From: a virus | Taxonomy: Duplodnaviria; Caudoviricetes | Strand: one strand, 5' to 3' | Virus record (IMG/VR): IMGVR_UViG_3300014613_000051 | Span: 1 to 38,356 of that record | DNA: 38,356 bases | In this document: in pieces, positions 1-9,590 of the stretch | How the letters are laid out: every line of letters starts with the position of its first letter | How positions within the stretch are numbered: position 1 is the first letter of the stretch | The notes under the pieces: model-generated | Database searches by the model: none | Told to the model about the DNA's origin: nothing | What the model saw: only the letters and a program-made list of their open reading frames with translations | Made by a program: the position numbers and the translations under genes

Positions 1-123
1 AAAACCACTAAAAGATGAATTAGAAATCTGTTTCAAAAGAACACTCACCAGGTCATCAGGATTCAGCATCTTCAGAATACCCGGAGCATACGAAGAAGAA
101 GAGGACTAAAAAATATGACTGGC
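1..123. repeat. Terminal direct repeat (copy 1), circular-assembly overlap
   Basis: Bases 1-123 are identical to 38234-38356, and the overlap cuts through the ORF ending at 38342 (=109). Confidence 0.95.
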
Positions 124-618
124 ATCAGCATCGAAACCAATATAATGAAACTCGCTGTATCATTGAAAGCCAAACCCGCACAGATACGAAAAGGAGCAGT
201 TAATGGGATAGACCAAACAGCAAAATATGCAGTTAATAAAGAAAAAGCCATCCTAACCAGTCAAAGCAAATCCGGATCCGGGCACTTATTCAAAAGTATT
301 GATTCAATAAAAACGAGTGAATATGGTCGAAGCATAGGTCCCATGATGAATGATAAATACCCTTATTATGTTGAACATGGCCGTGGTCCAATATTCCCTA
401 AACTAAGGGGGCTTGGAACAGGGAATCATAGTTCAAGTTATCTTGGTGTTCATATAGGGGCAGTAGCACTTAAAATCCCTATTGGTGGTAAAATCATTTT
501 CCGTCGAAGTGCTAAAGCAGCTAAGGCCCGGCCATTTGTGAAACCAACACATCATGACCTAAAAACAATGTACCCTCGTATAATGGAAACAGAGATTAAT
601 AAGGCGATGAAACGATGA
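115..618 (+). CDS. Neck/tail-completion protein, HK97 gp10-like
   Basis: Contains SGHLFKSI, YPYYVEHGRG and KARPFVKP motifs typical of the family; lies between the head-tail adaptor and the tail genes. Confidence 0.7.
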   Translation: MTGISIETNIMKLAVSLKAKPAQIRKGAVNGIDQTAKYAVNKEKAILTSQSKSGSGHLFKSIDSIKTSEYGRSIGPMMNDKYPYYVEHGRGPIFPKLRGLGTGNHSSSYLGVHIGAVALKIPIGGKIIFRRSAKAAKARPFVKPTHHDLKTMYPRIMETEINKAMKR

Positions 619-1088
619 TTGATGAAACTATTATTGAAGAACTTATTTATCAAGCACTAAATGAATCAACAGATCCACGATTAGAGGATTATGAACTTTT
701 TTATCTTGGAGATAGGAGTATCCAAGATGCAGAGAATGCTATCCTAATTTATGAGTTAACACCGGATAAAACCAGTCCTACATTTGATGATGAAATCTAT
801 AACCCCGTTTATGCATTGGACATTATCCTTATTGAAACACTTGATTATGTTGAGGCTCAAAAAGAGCTTAAAGGTGTTGCTTATTCTATCCTTAAAGTAT
901 TACACCAATCGCAGATCTTAGAAGATTATCATGATATTATGACTATTAAAAACAATTTACCAGTTTATGAGGAGGGTAGTTTTATTTTGAAGAGTCGAAG
1001 GGTTGAGGTTTCATTCCTTGAGGAGATTAATTATTATGGTGATGAAGATGATTTTGAAGATATTGGTATTAATGGAGAGTTCTTATGA
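615..1088 (+). CDS. Putative tail terminator/completion protein
   Basis: Acidic 157 aa, ATGA overlap with the previous gene, just upstream of the sheath. Confidence 0.45.
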   Translation: MIDETIIEELIYQALNESTDPRLEDYELFYLGDRSIQDAENAILIYELTPDKTSPTFDDEIYNPVYALDIILIETLDYVEAQKELKGVAYSILKVLHQSQILEDYHDIMTIKNNLPVYEEGSFILKSRRVEVSFLEEINYYGDEDDFEDIGINGEFL

Positions 1089-1267
1089 CCACGAAAAAAA
1101 AGAAAGAAGATATGATTAGTCTTGATAATTGGAGAATACTCATGAATATACCCTTGGGTAAGTTTATGGGATTTAAAACCACCCTAACAAGAAACGAATA
1201 CCCAGTTGATGAATTAGATAAAAAATATGCTGCATATTTGAAAAGACCAGCATTTAAGGAGGAATAA
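1085..1267 (+). CDS. Small hypothetical protein
   Basis: 60 aa, ATGA-coupled, fills the gap before the sheath gene. Confidence 0.55.
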   Translation: MTTKKKKEDMISLDNWRILMNIPLGKFMGFKTTLTRNEYPVDELDKKYAAYLKRPAFKEE

Positions 1268-1273
1268 GATATT

Positions 1274-2674
1274 ATGGTAGATACAACCATACCTGGCGTA
1301 AGTGCCGAAATAGTGACACCTGATGTAGCACGACCAAGCGGAACAGCCGGAAGAATAGCCCTTGTCGGTATATTTGAGAGAGGTGATGCAGATACACCTT
1401 ACTTCTTCGACAACCCCCGGGATGCATTGAGAGTAATGGGTAAATCTAATAGTTATCCTGGTTCAAGGATGATTAATTATATTTTCAAACAAGACGATGA
1501 GAATAATAATTATGGTGCTAGTGGCCTTATTTGTGTCCAAGCCGGTGCACGTGTCAAAGGATTATTACAATTAAAGGATGCATCAGAAGCACCAGTATTA
1601 TTATTAACTGCTAAAAGTGGGGGATTATGGGCTAATGGTACCACTGGTGGATTAACAGCCACAGTCGCTGCTGGAACCGTGGCTGATAAAAGATTAATAC
1701 TAAAACTAGGTGGAGTAGTAGTTGAAGATTATGATAACTGCACAAACCTTGAATTGAAGAATAAGATTAATGCATTGAGTCAATTTGTCACAGCTTCAGC
1801 TACTAGTGCAGAGTTAGCAAAAACCTTAGCAGATGTTACTGATGCTGCTTTTGCCAGTGGAACCGACACCGCATCACCAACCAATGATGATACTGATTCT
1901 GCTCTGAATTCTTTACTTGAAGAAAACTTTGACATATTATTATTCACTAACACCCCAGCGGATGCTTATTATCCTACAATCGAAGCATACCTGAATACTC
2001 GATTAAGTAATGATAAACCATGCATCAGCATATTACCAATTGATTCAACTAATACGGTATCTGAAACAATAGCCCTTATCGCCACTGCTGATAATCAACT
2101 CATGAGTTACATTGGCCAGAAATTCACTATCGGCACTGATGAATTAACCGATGCAGAAAGTGCAGCACGATATGCTGGTTTCGTAGCAGGATTAAGTGTT
2201 AATGAGTCACCAACCAATAAAAGAATTACTGATATCGATGCCATAAGCCCAGAATTCACAAGTGAAGAAGCATATACCCTAACAGATAAAGGACTAACTT
2301 GTTTTGAATTAAAAAATCGTGAAACACGGAAGTATGGGGTAATATCCTCTGTTACTGGTTCCCAGAGTGTTGGTGATGATGGAATGAAAACCAACGCCTC
2401 CGAGTTGTATGCTGTCAGGTGCCTAACCTATGTCCTAAACTATCTTAACTTGGATGATTGGCTTGGCCGAGTAGGTATAAGCAAAACACTAAATGCACTT
2501 GAAGGCGAACTAAGCAACCGTAAACAAGAAATAATCGGAGCAGGTATCGCTGATGAACTAATAGTCACACCAAGCATTGATTCTGAGGATGATAAAATCT
2601 GTAACGTGGATATTAGTGTACGGCCACCGGGCATATTGAAACATATACGAAAACGGATCCAACTAAACCTCTAA
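1274..2674 (+). CDS. Contractile tail sheath protein
   Basis: 466 aa with N-terminal IPGVSAE, ALVGIFERG and LTAKSGGLWAN motifs and ARYAGFVAG; followed by tube, chaperone and tape measure genes. Confidence 0.85.
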   Translation: MVDTTIPGVSAEIVTPDVARPSGTAGRIALVGIFERGDADTPYFFDNPRDALRVMGKSNSYPGSRMINYIFKQDDENNNYGASGLICVQAGARVKGLLQLKDASEAPVLLLTAKSGGLWANGTTGGLTATVAAGTVADKRLILKLGGVVVEDYDNCTNLELKNKINALSQFVTASATSAELAKTLADVTDAAFASGTDTASPTNDDTDSALNSLLEENFDILLFTNTPADAYYPTIEAYLNTRLSNDKPCISILPIDSTNTVSETIALIATADNQLMSYIGQKFTIGTDELTDAESAARYAGFVAGLSVNESPTNKRITDIDAISPEFTSEEAYTLTDKGLTCFELKNRETRKYGVISSVTGSQSVGDDGMKTNASELYAVRCLTYVLNYLNLDDWLGRVGISKTLNALEGELSNRKQEIIGAGIADELIVTPSIDSEDDKICNVDISVRPPGILKHIRKRIQLNL

Positions 2675-2691
2675 GAGATGGTGATTAAATT

Positions 2692-3063
2692 ATGGCAAAA
2701 GCTAAAGTAAATATATATATTAACAGTGTACGGGTCGGTAAATGCACCAAATACGACCATGACCGAACCGATGATGTAACTGAAACCGAAACCTTTGATG
2801 GTACAGAGTTATCAAGTGATGATAGTCCTAAATATACTCTGAATCTTTCCAGGGTGGATTCTATGACAACCTTTGAGAACACACTAGAAAAAGCAATGAT
2901 GGACCATGATGATGGCGTACCAATCGTTATACAAGACGGTAATATTATCGTGAAGGCCACCGGTTCGTATCGTACTAGTAAGAAGGTGAACCGTGATACT
3001 AAAAATAAGCGTACTCATGATATGAGTTTCCGTTGTGAAAAGATCGAGGAAGAATACAGATAA
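2692..3063 (+). CDS. Tail tube protein
   Basis: 123 aa beta-rich protein immediately after the sheath. Confidence 0.65.
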   Translation: MAKAKVNIYINSVRVGKCTKYDHDRTDDVTETETFDGTELSSDDSPKYTLNLSRVDSMTTFENTLEKAMMDHDDGVPIVIQDGNIIVKATGSYRTSKKVNRDTKNKRTHDMSFRCEKIEEEYR

Positions 3064-3109
3064 ACACCTCCCCTATTTATTATTATTATTTTTTAGAGGA
3101 AGAATCATC

Positions 3110-3526
3110 ATGACCGAAAAAAGTGAAGAAAAAGAACTCATGGAACCAATCGAAGGACTAAATGAATTCGATATAAATGCCCTCATAGTAGAAGGCACCG
3201 ATGCCGTTATAGAACGAGAAGTACAATACTATGACATGAAAACAGGGAAAGAACAACAAATGCGAGTCTATGTAAGACCACTAAGCCACAGTAATTGGAA
3301 CAGTATAGCACAGAAAGTCTCAAAGAATGATAATATTAGTTTCGCAGAGCGTGTATGTGCTGATGGATGGTGCGACCCACAAGGACTATTATTAAACCTA
3401 AGCGACATCCGGAAAGTCCAGAACGGAGTAGTAATAGCAGTTTTTGAGGAAATAAAGATAGTCAGCGGCCAATTCACGGACCGTACAGAAGAGAAATTTC
3501 TTGACAAACTTGCAGGAGTATCTTGA
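3110..3526 (+). CDS. Tail assembly chaperone (G-like)
   Basis: Sits between tube and tape measure; ATG at 3110 follows a purine-rich SD (gaggaag). Confidence 0.65.
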   Translation: MTEKSEEKELMEPIEGLNEFDINALIVEGTDAVIEREVQYYDMKTGKEQQMRVYVRPLSHSNWNSIAQKVSKNDNISFAERVCADGWCDPQGLLLNLSDIRKVQNGVVIAVFEEIKIVSGQFTDRTEEKFLDKLAGVS

Positions 3527-3698
3527 TGAACGAGAAGATGGCCGATGGTTTTATTTAACACTCATGGTTTGTATTGAGAAATATAAGCTCCGTGAAAACT
3601 TAAGGGATTTGACACTGGTTCAGATTATGGCTTTAACAATAATACGACGGATATATAATGAGATTAACCCTATGAACGAAGTAGAGGAGGATTTATAA
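3501..3698 (+). CDS. Tail assembly chaperone extension (T-like), probably expressed by frameshift
   Basis: Overlaps the 3' end of the previous ORF in the +1 frame (open from 3462), has no clear RBS, and ends 3 nt before the tape measure gene. Confidence 0.55.
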   Translation: MTNLQEYLDEREDGRWFYLTLMVCIEKYKLRENLRDLTLVQIMALTIIRRIYNEINPMNEVEEDL

Positions 3699-3701
3699 AT
3701 C

Positions 3702-5672
3702 ATGGTCTTAGAAGAATTATTAATAAAAATCAAAACAGTACAAGACCTAGGAGGACTCGATAAACTTTCTAGTAAACTCAAAAGCACCGAGGCCGTGACT
3801 AAATCCGCCTCTAGTAACATGAAGAATAACCTTAACCAAGTTAATAATATCCGATTCGATGGATTGGGTAATAAATTCAAATCCACTATAATGGCTATGG
3901 CCGGTTACGCTAAAAGCGGAGCTAAAAATATAGGTAATAGTCTTAAAGATATGGTTTCCAGTACTGAAGGGGCATTGGCAGGTATAGCTGCAGGACTCGG
4001 AACTAAAGAATTATTCGAGAAGAGTATGCAGAAAAGCATAACACGGTTCCAACTCGGAGAAATGAGTGGGGGAACACTGCGTTTCAGTGACTGGGAAAGG
4101 TTCAGTGCAAAATCCAGTACAAGTGATGATGACATCGCTAAGATGCTACGATATACTTATCAAGGACCGGCAAATCAAACCTATGCCGCCCTTAACGCTG
4201 TTGATGCAGCATCATATCATGCTGACCCTATCCAACGAAAAGAAGGACTAAGAGGATATGGTACATACCTTCAAGGTGGTTGGACTGCTGCAGCAGGTAT
4301 GATGCGAGATGAAGGGCTTACACCCGAACAGAAGAAAATGCTCCAAGGGGCTAATACGTATGAAGAACGTATCGCCGCCATGAATAGTATTGCGGAATCT
4401 AAAAAGACTATGGTTAATGGCGAATCCTTATCCACTATTCAAAGTGGGGAGATTGGTAAGTATAATAAGTCACTTGCGGCTTATGATGGAATAATAAGGG
4501 GGGCTACTAGTACATTTGATAGTTTCCTAGCAGCAATCGAACCCGCTATCAGTTGGTTTAATGATTTGGGTCAGCCAGTTAAAGATGTTATAGGTGGATT
4601 CTTAACTGTTGCAGCTGTTGGTTTAACACTAGCAAGTGGTCTGGGGATACTATTAACTGTCCTAAGCCCGGTCGGGGGACTATTAAAAACCGTCGGGGGT
4701 AAACTAGCTGATTGGACGGGTATTAAAAAACCAAGTTGGCTTGGAGGAAAAGACAGTAAAACTATTAATACCCCGAAGGTAACTGTTAACGGAAAGGTCG
4801 TCACAGTAGATGATGGTCCGGGCAGTACTGGAGGGTATAATAAAGGCCTTTGGAGAATAGCCGACATGGGGTTACCTGTGGTTAGTAGTGCTGCTGCTGT
4901 TTGGGCTACAACACAAGGTTTACCCTTAGCATCACGATTAGGGTCATTAGGAATGAGCCTAGGTACAAGTGGCATGAGTGGCCTAAGTGGCCTCAGTGGA
5001 TCTGTTTTAGGCCCAGCCATATTAGGGTTATCTGAAAACCGTACACCCGATAAACCAGGTACGGGTTCATTGTTATCTGGTAACTGGGCTTTAAAAACAG
5101 ACCGTTTTAGTAAGGCTTTCCCTACTGATTGGGCAGATACAAGTAAAAAAGGTAGTTTAGCAGACCAGATGAACTTACCTGGATTTATTCAAGGACAATT
5201 AAAAGGGGTTAAGATACCTAATCTTAGGTGGCCTACTGCGGATGATATACTCGGGTTCATTACTCATAAATTCCCTAAACTCCCTAAACTTAGGTGGCCA
5301 ACATGGAATCAAATTTTAAATTATATTAAAAAGGTTTTCCCTAAACTCGCTAGACTTAGGTGGCCGTCATGGAATCAGATTTTTAGTTATATTAAAAAGG
5401 TTTTCCCTAAAATACCCACACTTCGATGGCCTAGTCCTGGAAGTATTCGGGATATGATTCAAGGTGCTATTAATAGGGCATCTGGTAGTGGTGGTGGAGG
5501 GGGACAAGCAATGGCAGGTGGTGATCGTAAGAGTATGATTGAAGATGCCTCTTTAAGTAAAGGGAATGTTTATATTAATATTGATAACATCCCGAATAAG
5601 TCTGTTGCGGATTACACCGCTCAAGTTTTGGCTAAGCATCTAAGCGGGGTTAATGACTCCAAAGGAAGATAA
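3702..5672 (+). CDS. Tail tape measure protein
   Basis: 656 aa, Ala/Gly-rich and helical, with a hydrophobic segment and Trp-containing periodic repeats; canonical position. Confidence 0.85.
   Translation: MVLEELLIKIKTVQDLGGLDKLSSKLKSTEAVTKSASSNMKNNLNQVNNIRFDGLGNKFKSTIMAMAGYAKSGAKNIGNSLKDMVSSTEGALAGIAAGLGTKELFEKSMQKSITRFQLGEMSGGTLRFSDWERFSAKSSTSDDDIAKMLRYTYQGPANQTYAALNAVDAASYHADPIQRKEGLRGYGTYLQGGWTAAAGMMRDEGLTPEQKKMLQGANTYEERIAAMNSIAESKKTMVNGESLSTIQSGEIGKYNKSLAAYDGIIRGATSTFDSFLAAIEPAISWFNDLGQPVKDVIGGFLTVAAVGLTLASGLGILLTVLSPVGGLLKTVGGKLADWTGIKKPSWLGGKDSKTINTPKVTVNGKVVTVDDGPGSTGGYNKGLWRIADMGLPVVSSAAAVWATTQGLPLASRLGSLGMSLGTSGMSGLSGLSGSVLGPAILGLSENRTPDKPGTGSLLSGNWALKTDRFSKAFPTDWADTSKKGSLADQMNLPGFIQGQLKGVKIPNLRWPTADDILGFITHKFPKLPKLRWPTWNQILNYIKKVFPKLARLRWPSWNQIFSYIKKVFPKIPTLRWPSPGSIRDMIQGAINRASGSGGGGGQAMAGGDRKSMIEDASLSKGNVYINIDNIPNKSVADYTAQVLAKHLSGVNDSKGR
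5223..5435 (+). repeat. 66-bp tandem repeat inside tape measure (22-aa LRWPxWNQIxxYIKKVFPK units)
   Basis: LRWP-coding units start at 5223, 5289, 5355 and 5421. Confidence 0.9.
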
Positions 5673-5687
5673 ACAAATAAATAATAT

Positions 5688-5951
5688 TTATTCTTCCTTC
5701 TCTATTTGGTTAGATAACCATCCCCACATCAAACCAATAGTACAAATAACTCCAAGAATAGCTCCGGGGATTAAACCATAACTTCCTAAACCTATTACTG
5801 AAAATAAGAATATCCAAAACAATGATATAAAAATAGCTACAACGACACCTACACATAACAATAGAATAGCTAAAAATATCCCAGTAACCCCTGCACCCAT
5901 TAATCGTATTCCTTTTTTTATATTCATATCCTTTTTCACACTCCTATTCAT
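5688..5951 (-). CDS. Small membrane protein (moron-like)
   Basis: 87 aa with long hydrophobic segments; the only credible ORF in the gap; GGAGG-like SD upstream; opposite strand to the tail operon. Confidence 0.75.
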   Translation of the reverse strand: MNRSVKKDMNIKKGIRLMGAGVTGIFLAILLLCVGVVVAIFISLFWIFLFSVIGLGSYGLIPGAILGVICTIGLMWGWLSNQIEKEE

Positions 5952-6011
5952 ATTATTATTTTTATTTATTATATGTCCTCCTTATTATTAATACCTTACC
6001 GGTGATAACCT

Positions 6012-6449
6012 ATGGCCTATGTAACACTAAACAAGATACCCCTAAAAATAAAGAGTATAAAAGAAGACCCACAACTCAGCACGAACAACCGACCATACGC
6101 CGGGGGGACAGGAGCATATACAAGTAACCTAGGCCATAAAGGCCGACAACTAGAACTAACAGTCCACGGGGATAATAAAAATATAGGACAACTACGAGGC
6201 CTTAAAAACAATCGTGGAGTATTACCATTGGTGAGCATAAGCCAGGCAGCATATAACGGTTTTTATCGTATAGTCTCTTTTACACTTACCGAATCCAAAA
6301 AGGGATTATTCGAGGCCGTGATAACACTACAAGAACATAAAAACTTCAATAGTACTAAAATGAATTATAAAACCTACACCGGCCTTATCACTAAAAAACC
6401 TAAACTAAAAACAAAAAAGACTAAAGTCACAACTAAAAAGAAAAAATAG
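6012..6449 (+). CDS. Tail tube initiator/baseplate protein
   Basis: Follows the tape measure; NLGHKGRQLEL motif; Lys-rich C-terminal tail. Confidence 0.5.
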   Translation: MAYVTLNKIPLKIKSIKEDPQLSTNNRPYAGGTGAYTSNLGHKGRQLELTVHGDNKNIGQLRGLKNNRGVLPLVSISQAAYNGFYRIVSFTLTESKKGLFEAVITLQEHKNFNSTKMNYKTYTGLITKKPKLKTKKTKVTTKKKK

Positions 6450-6460
6450 GGGAACACAAT

Positions 6461-7771
6461 ATGACAAGCACCATATACGCCACCACGAGTGTATCACCAA
6501 TCATAACCCCTAAACAATTATATAACAGTCACAGCATCCCCTATTTTAAATTAGAGATAACACAACAAGTACACGCAGCCAACACGGCCAGTTTCGAATC
6601 AAGCGTCTATCTACCAGAAGCAAGTAAAATCAGTATAGTAGGGTCTCACCTACCATTCACAGGCCAAGTGCAAAAAGTATCAAAGAATGTTGATGGTTAC
6701 ACTTATGATTGCATAGACTCCACCCGTGTTTTGTTTGGTAAAATAAGCACAAATAAACAAAAACAATATAGTGGTAAAATCATTAAAAGTGTTCTCAAAG
6801 GAACCGGCCTAGGAACCGGGAACATCAGTAAAGGTAAGTATCGTACAAAAGTGGCTTGGAAAGACACTAAAAGGATTGATATAATAAACCAACTAGCCAC
6901 ACTAGACGGATATGAGTTCTTTATTAACCCTGATGGAGTACCCATATACCGTAAACCCGGAACACAAACCAAAGCCCATGTATTCTATTCAACCGGATCC
7001 GTAACTGATTTTGATATACAATATGATATAACCGATATTATCACAGGTGTAACGGTCTATGGTAAAGATGATAAATTTTATTATAAAGGCCAGAATAGTA
7101 AAATGATTCATAAATATGGGAACATACAAGAGATACTGCGAGACGGGGATATAAAGACTCTTAAAAAAGCCAAGAGCGTGGCTGCAAAGGAATATAGTGA
7201 AAAAGGCGCACCTAAATTGGATATGACTCTGGAACTCCCTGTGATTATGCGGATTAATGAAGGAGAATGGATAGTATTCAAAGCACCAAGTTGGGTAAAT
7301 CAGCCTGTTAAATCTTATTTTGTGGAGTCTGTTAAAACAAAGATTGATGATGAGAATATGGAACAGGAACTCAGTTTATTGGAGGCTAAACCAGAACCTC
7401 CGAGTGATTGGACTTATAACTCCACCAGCACATCTAGTTCAAGCGGAACTAGTACTAGTACAACAATAGCAGGTATAACAGTAAGTGGTCTTAAAACACC
7501 TCGCGATGTAAGGAAATGGGTTGACTCCCATATACGATATAAATATTATTTCGATGGCAGATACTCCAATGCTCAAGTACTTAAACAGAGATGGGGTAAT
7601 TGTGTTGACCAATCCGAACTTTGTGTAGCACTATGCAAAGGAATAGGCTTCAAGGCTAAAGTAGTTCGTGGGGCTAAATGTGGAGGTGTAGGGCACATGA
7701 ACTGGAAGGTTTATTGGGCCGGCCGATGGAGACGAGGCGACACAGTATGTCACAAACAATCGGAGTTCTAA
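6461..7771 (+). CDS. Baseplate hub protein fused to a transglutaminase-like (PeiW/PeiP-type) pseudomurein endoisopeptidase domain
   Basis: N-terminal hub-like region, Ser/Thr linker, then YKYYFD...GNCVDQSEL...GHMN...GD with a Cys-His-Asp triad in order. Confidence 0.75.
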   Translation: MTSTIYATTSVSPIITPKQLYNSHSIPYFKLEITQQVHAANTASFESSVYLPEASKISIVGSHLPFTGQVQKVSKNVDGYTYDCIDSTRVLFGKISTNKQKQYSGKIIKSVLKGTGLGTGNISKGKYRTKVAWKDTKRIDIINQLATLDGYEFFINPDGVPIYRKPGTQTKAHVFYSTGSVTDFDIQYDITDIITGVTVYGKDDKFYYKGQNSKMIHKYGNIQEILRDGDIKTLKKAKSVAAKEYSEKGAPKLDMTLELPVIMRINEGEWIVFKAPSWVNQPVKSYFVESVKTKIDDENMEQELSLLEAKPEPPSDWTYNSTSTSSSSGTSTSTTIAGITVSGLKTPRDVRKWVDSHIRYKYYFDGRYSNAQVLKQRWGNCVDQSELCVALCKGIGFKAKVVRGAKCGGVGHMNWKVYWAGRWRRGDTVCHKQSEF

Positions 7772-7774
7772 ATT

Positions 7775-8041
7775 ATGGGGTTTGAAGAAGAATTAGATAG
7801 GATGATGAAGGATAAATATAATTTTGTACAACCTACCAGTATAGGCACAGTATTAGCGACTGATGGAATAAGCGTAATTGTTAAGTTACAAGGGGTTGAT
7901 ATGGAACCTTTCCAAGAAGTACCAGTACTCAAACCTCCTTTCGCAGATATAGGAATTATGGATTTAGTTAAAGGAGACACTGTGTTATTGGCTTTTATTC
8001 AAGGCTCACTAAGTGGGCCTATTGTTATAGGGAGGCTTTAG
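7775..8041 (+). CDS. Short baseplate spike/gpV-like protein
   Basis: GTVLA...KGDTVLLAFIQG...PIVIGRL pattern of the OB-fold spike N-terminus. Confidence 0.65.
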   Translation: MGFEEELDRMMKDKYNFVQPTSIGTVLATDGISVIVKLQGVDMEPFQEVPVLKPPFADIGIMDLVKGDTVLLAFIQGSLSGPIVIGRL

Positions 8042-8045
8042 GCTT

Positions 8046-8426
8046 ATGGTTGATTTTGGGACAGATATTGAATCATCTTGGAGTAGTAATACCAATGGTG
8101 ACTTCAAAATAATAAGCGACACTGAGAACGCAGAACAAGCCATACAGAACAGGTTATTAACACGATACGATGAACTAGAAAGCCTAGGATATGAAGATTA
8201 TGGTAACAAATCAAGCGATGTTCCGGGAATGACAGACTTAGACTTAGCCAAGGCATATTTAAGACTATACACTGAAGAATGCTTATTACGAGAACCAAGA
8301 GTACAAGAAATCATTAATATCAGTGTATCATACCATAACCGGGCTATGACAATAGATATTAGTCTGAAAATGATTGACACTGATACAACTACTAATCTTG
8401 TTATAACACAATCTATGGAGGCATAA
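8046..8426 (+). CDS. Baseplate wedge protein, gp25/GpW-like
   Basis: QAIQNRLLT...YG...ECLLREPRV motif. Confidence 0.75.
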   Translation: MVDFGTDIESSWSSNTNGDFKIISDTENAEQAIQNRLLTRYDELESLGYEDYGNKSSDVPGMTDLDLAKAYLRLYTEECLLREPRVQEIINISVSYHNRAMTIDISLKMIDTDTTTNLVITQSMEA

Positions 8427-8433
8427 TGGTACT

Positions 8434-9585
8434 ATGAGTATTATAAGAGTAGATGATACAACAGGGGCCGTCCTAGAAGTTATGGATGAGGGAACCATAC
8501 TAGAAACACTAATAGATTACTTTAGAACAGCACAAACAAGTATCACAGATTTTAATGAAGGAAGTGAAGTAAGAAACCTATTAGGTGCCGTCGCACTATC
8601 ACAATACGAACTATACTACTATATTGGTTTATTATTCGAGATGGGATACCCCCAAACAGCAATGGGGGATTTCTTAGATAAAATAGGAGTACTCGTTAAT
8701 TGTTACCGACAGACCGCTAATAAATCATCTGGTAATGTTACTTTCACTATCGATGAGGCCATAGCGACCGATGTAGTAATCGAATCCGGGAATGTAGTTA
8801 CTTGCAGCTCCAACTTTGAATTAACTTTCACGACCACTGCTGATATAACTATTGTAGCAGGTCAAACAAGCGCCACAGGAGCCATAACGGCAGACACTGG
8901 AGGACTAGCTGGTAACGTAGCCATAGGAGTGATTGATACCCTTGAAGAGAACACTACTGGTGAAAACATAACCGTGACTAATGCAGCAGCCCTAACCGGT
9001 GGCTCAGATACAGAGGAAGATGAGGAATACCGGGCAAGAATACTAGAAGCCGGAAAAGCCTTAGCTATGGGTAATATTAGTTGGTACAAATCACTAGTTG
9101 GTAATGTTACAGGGGTTCATGATTGTGTTGTTATCAATATGCCATTCGATCAATCATATAATGTTAAAATCCTAGTGAATGGTGATAATAAACCAACGAG
9201 TACGGAAGTATTAGAGAGCATTGAGGCATTGTTTGCTTTGGATGATAATAAGATTGGTGGAATAAAAGTATTAGTGGATAAGCCTACTTATACGGTTATT
9301 GATATTGATATAACCTTAACCGTGAAGGATGGTCACAGTTTCGCAACAGTCCAAGCAGATGTTGAGGCTAATATTATTGATTACTTCCAAGGAGGCACAA
9401 CCAATTATAATGCTATTTATACTGGACTTAGTATAGCCCAAAACGTAGTTATCAGTACCATTTCAATGATAATAGGCAACACCCCTGGAGTGGAAGATTG
9501 GACTATCACAGACCCAGCCGCTAATGTTCTGATTGGTTCTGAGAATGCAGCCCAAGTGGGAACAATCACTATAACCGAGGCATAG
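8434..9585 (+). CDS. Baseplate J-like wedge protein
   Basis: AMGDFLDKIG, GGLAGN and GGSDTEEDEEYRARIL motifs. Confidence 0.9.
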   Translation: MSIIRVDDTTGAVLEVMDEGTILETLIDYFRTAQTSITDFNEGSEVRNLLGAVALSQYELYYYIGLLFEMGYPQTAMGDFLDKIGVLVNCYRQTANKSSGNVTFTIDEAIATDVVIESGNVVTCSSNFELTFTTTADITIVAGQTSATGAITADTGGLAGNVAIGVIDTLEENTTGENITVTNAAALTGGSDTEEDEEYRARILEAGKALAMGNISWYKSLVGNVTGVHDCVVINMPFDQSYNVKILVNGDNKPTSTEVLESIEALFALDDNKIGGIKVLVDKPTYTVIDIDITLTVKDGHSFATVQADVEANIIDYFQGGTTNYNAIYTGLSIAQNVVISTISMIIGNTPGVEDWTITDPAANVLIGSENAAQVGTITITEA

Positions 9586-9590
9586 ATAAT

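Noticed and set aside
4571-5020. 149-aa minus-strand ORF and the other antisense ORFs inside structural genes
   Set aside because: They are fully nested opposite well-supported genes and carry no motifs.
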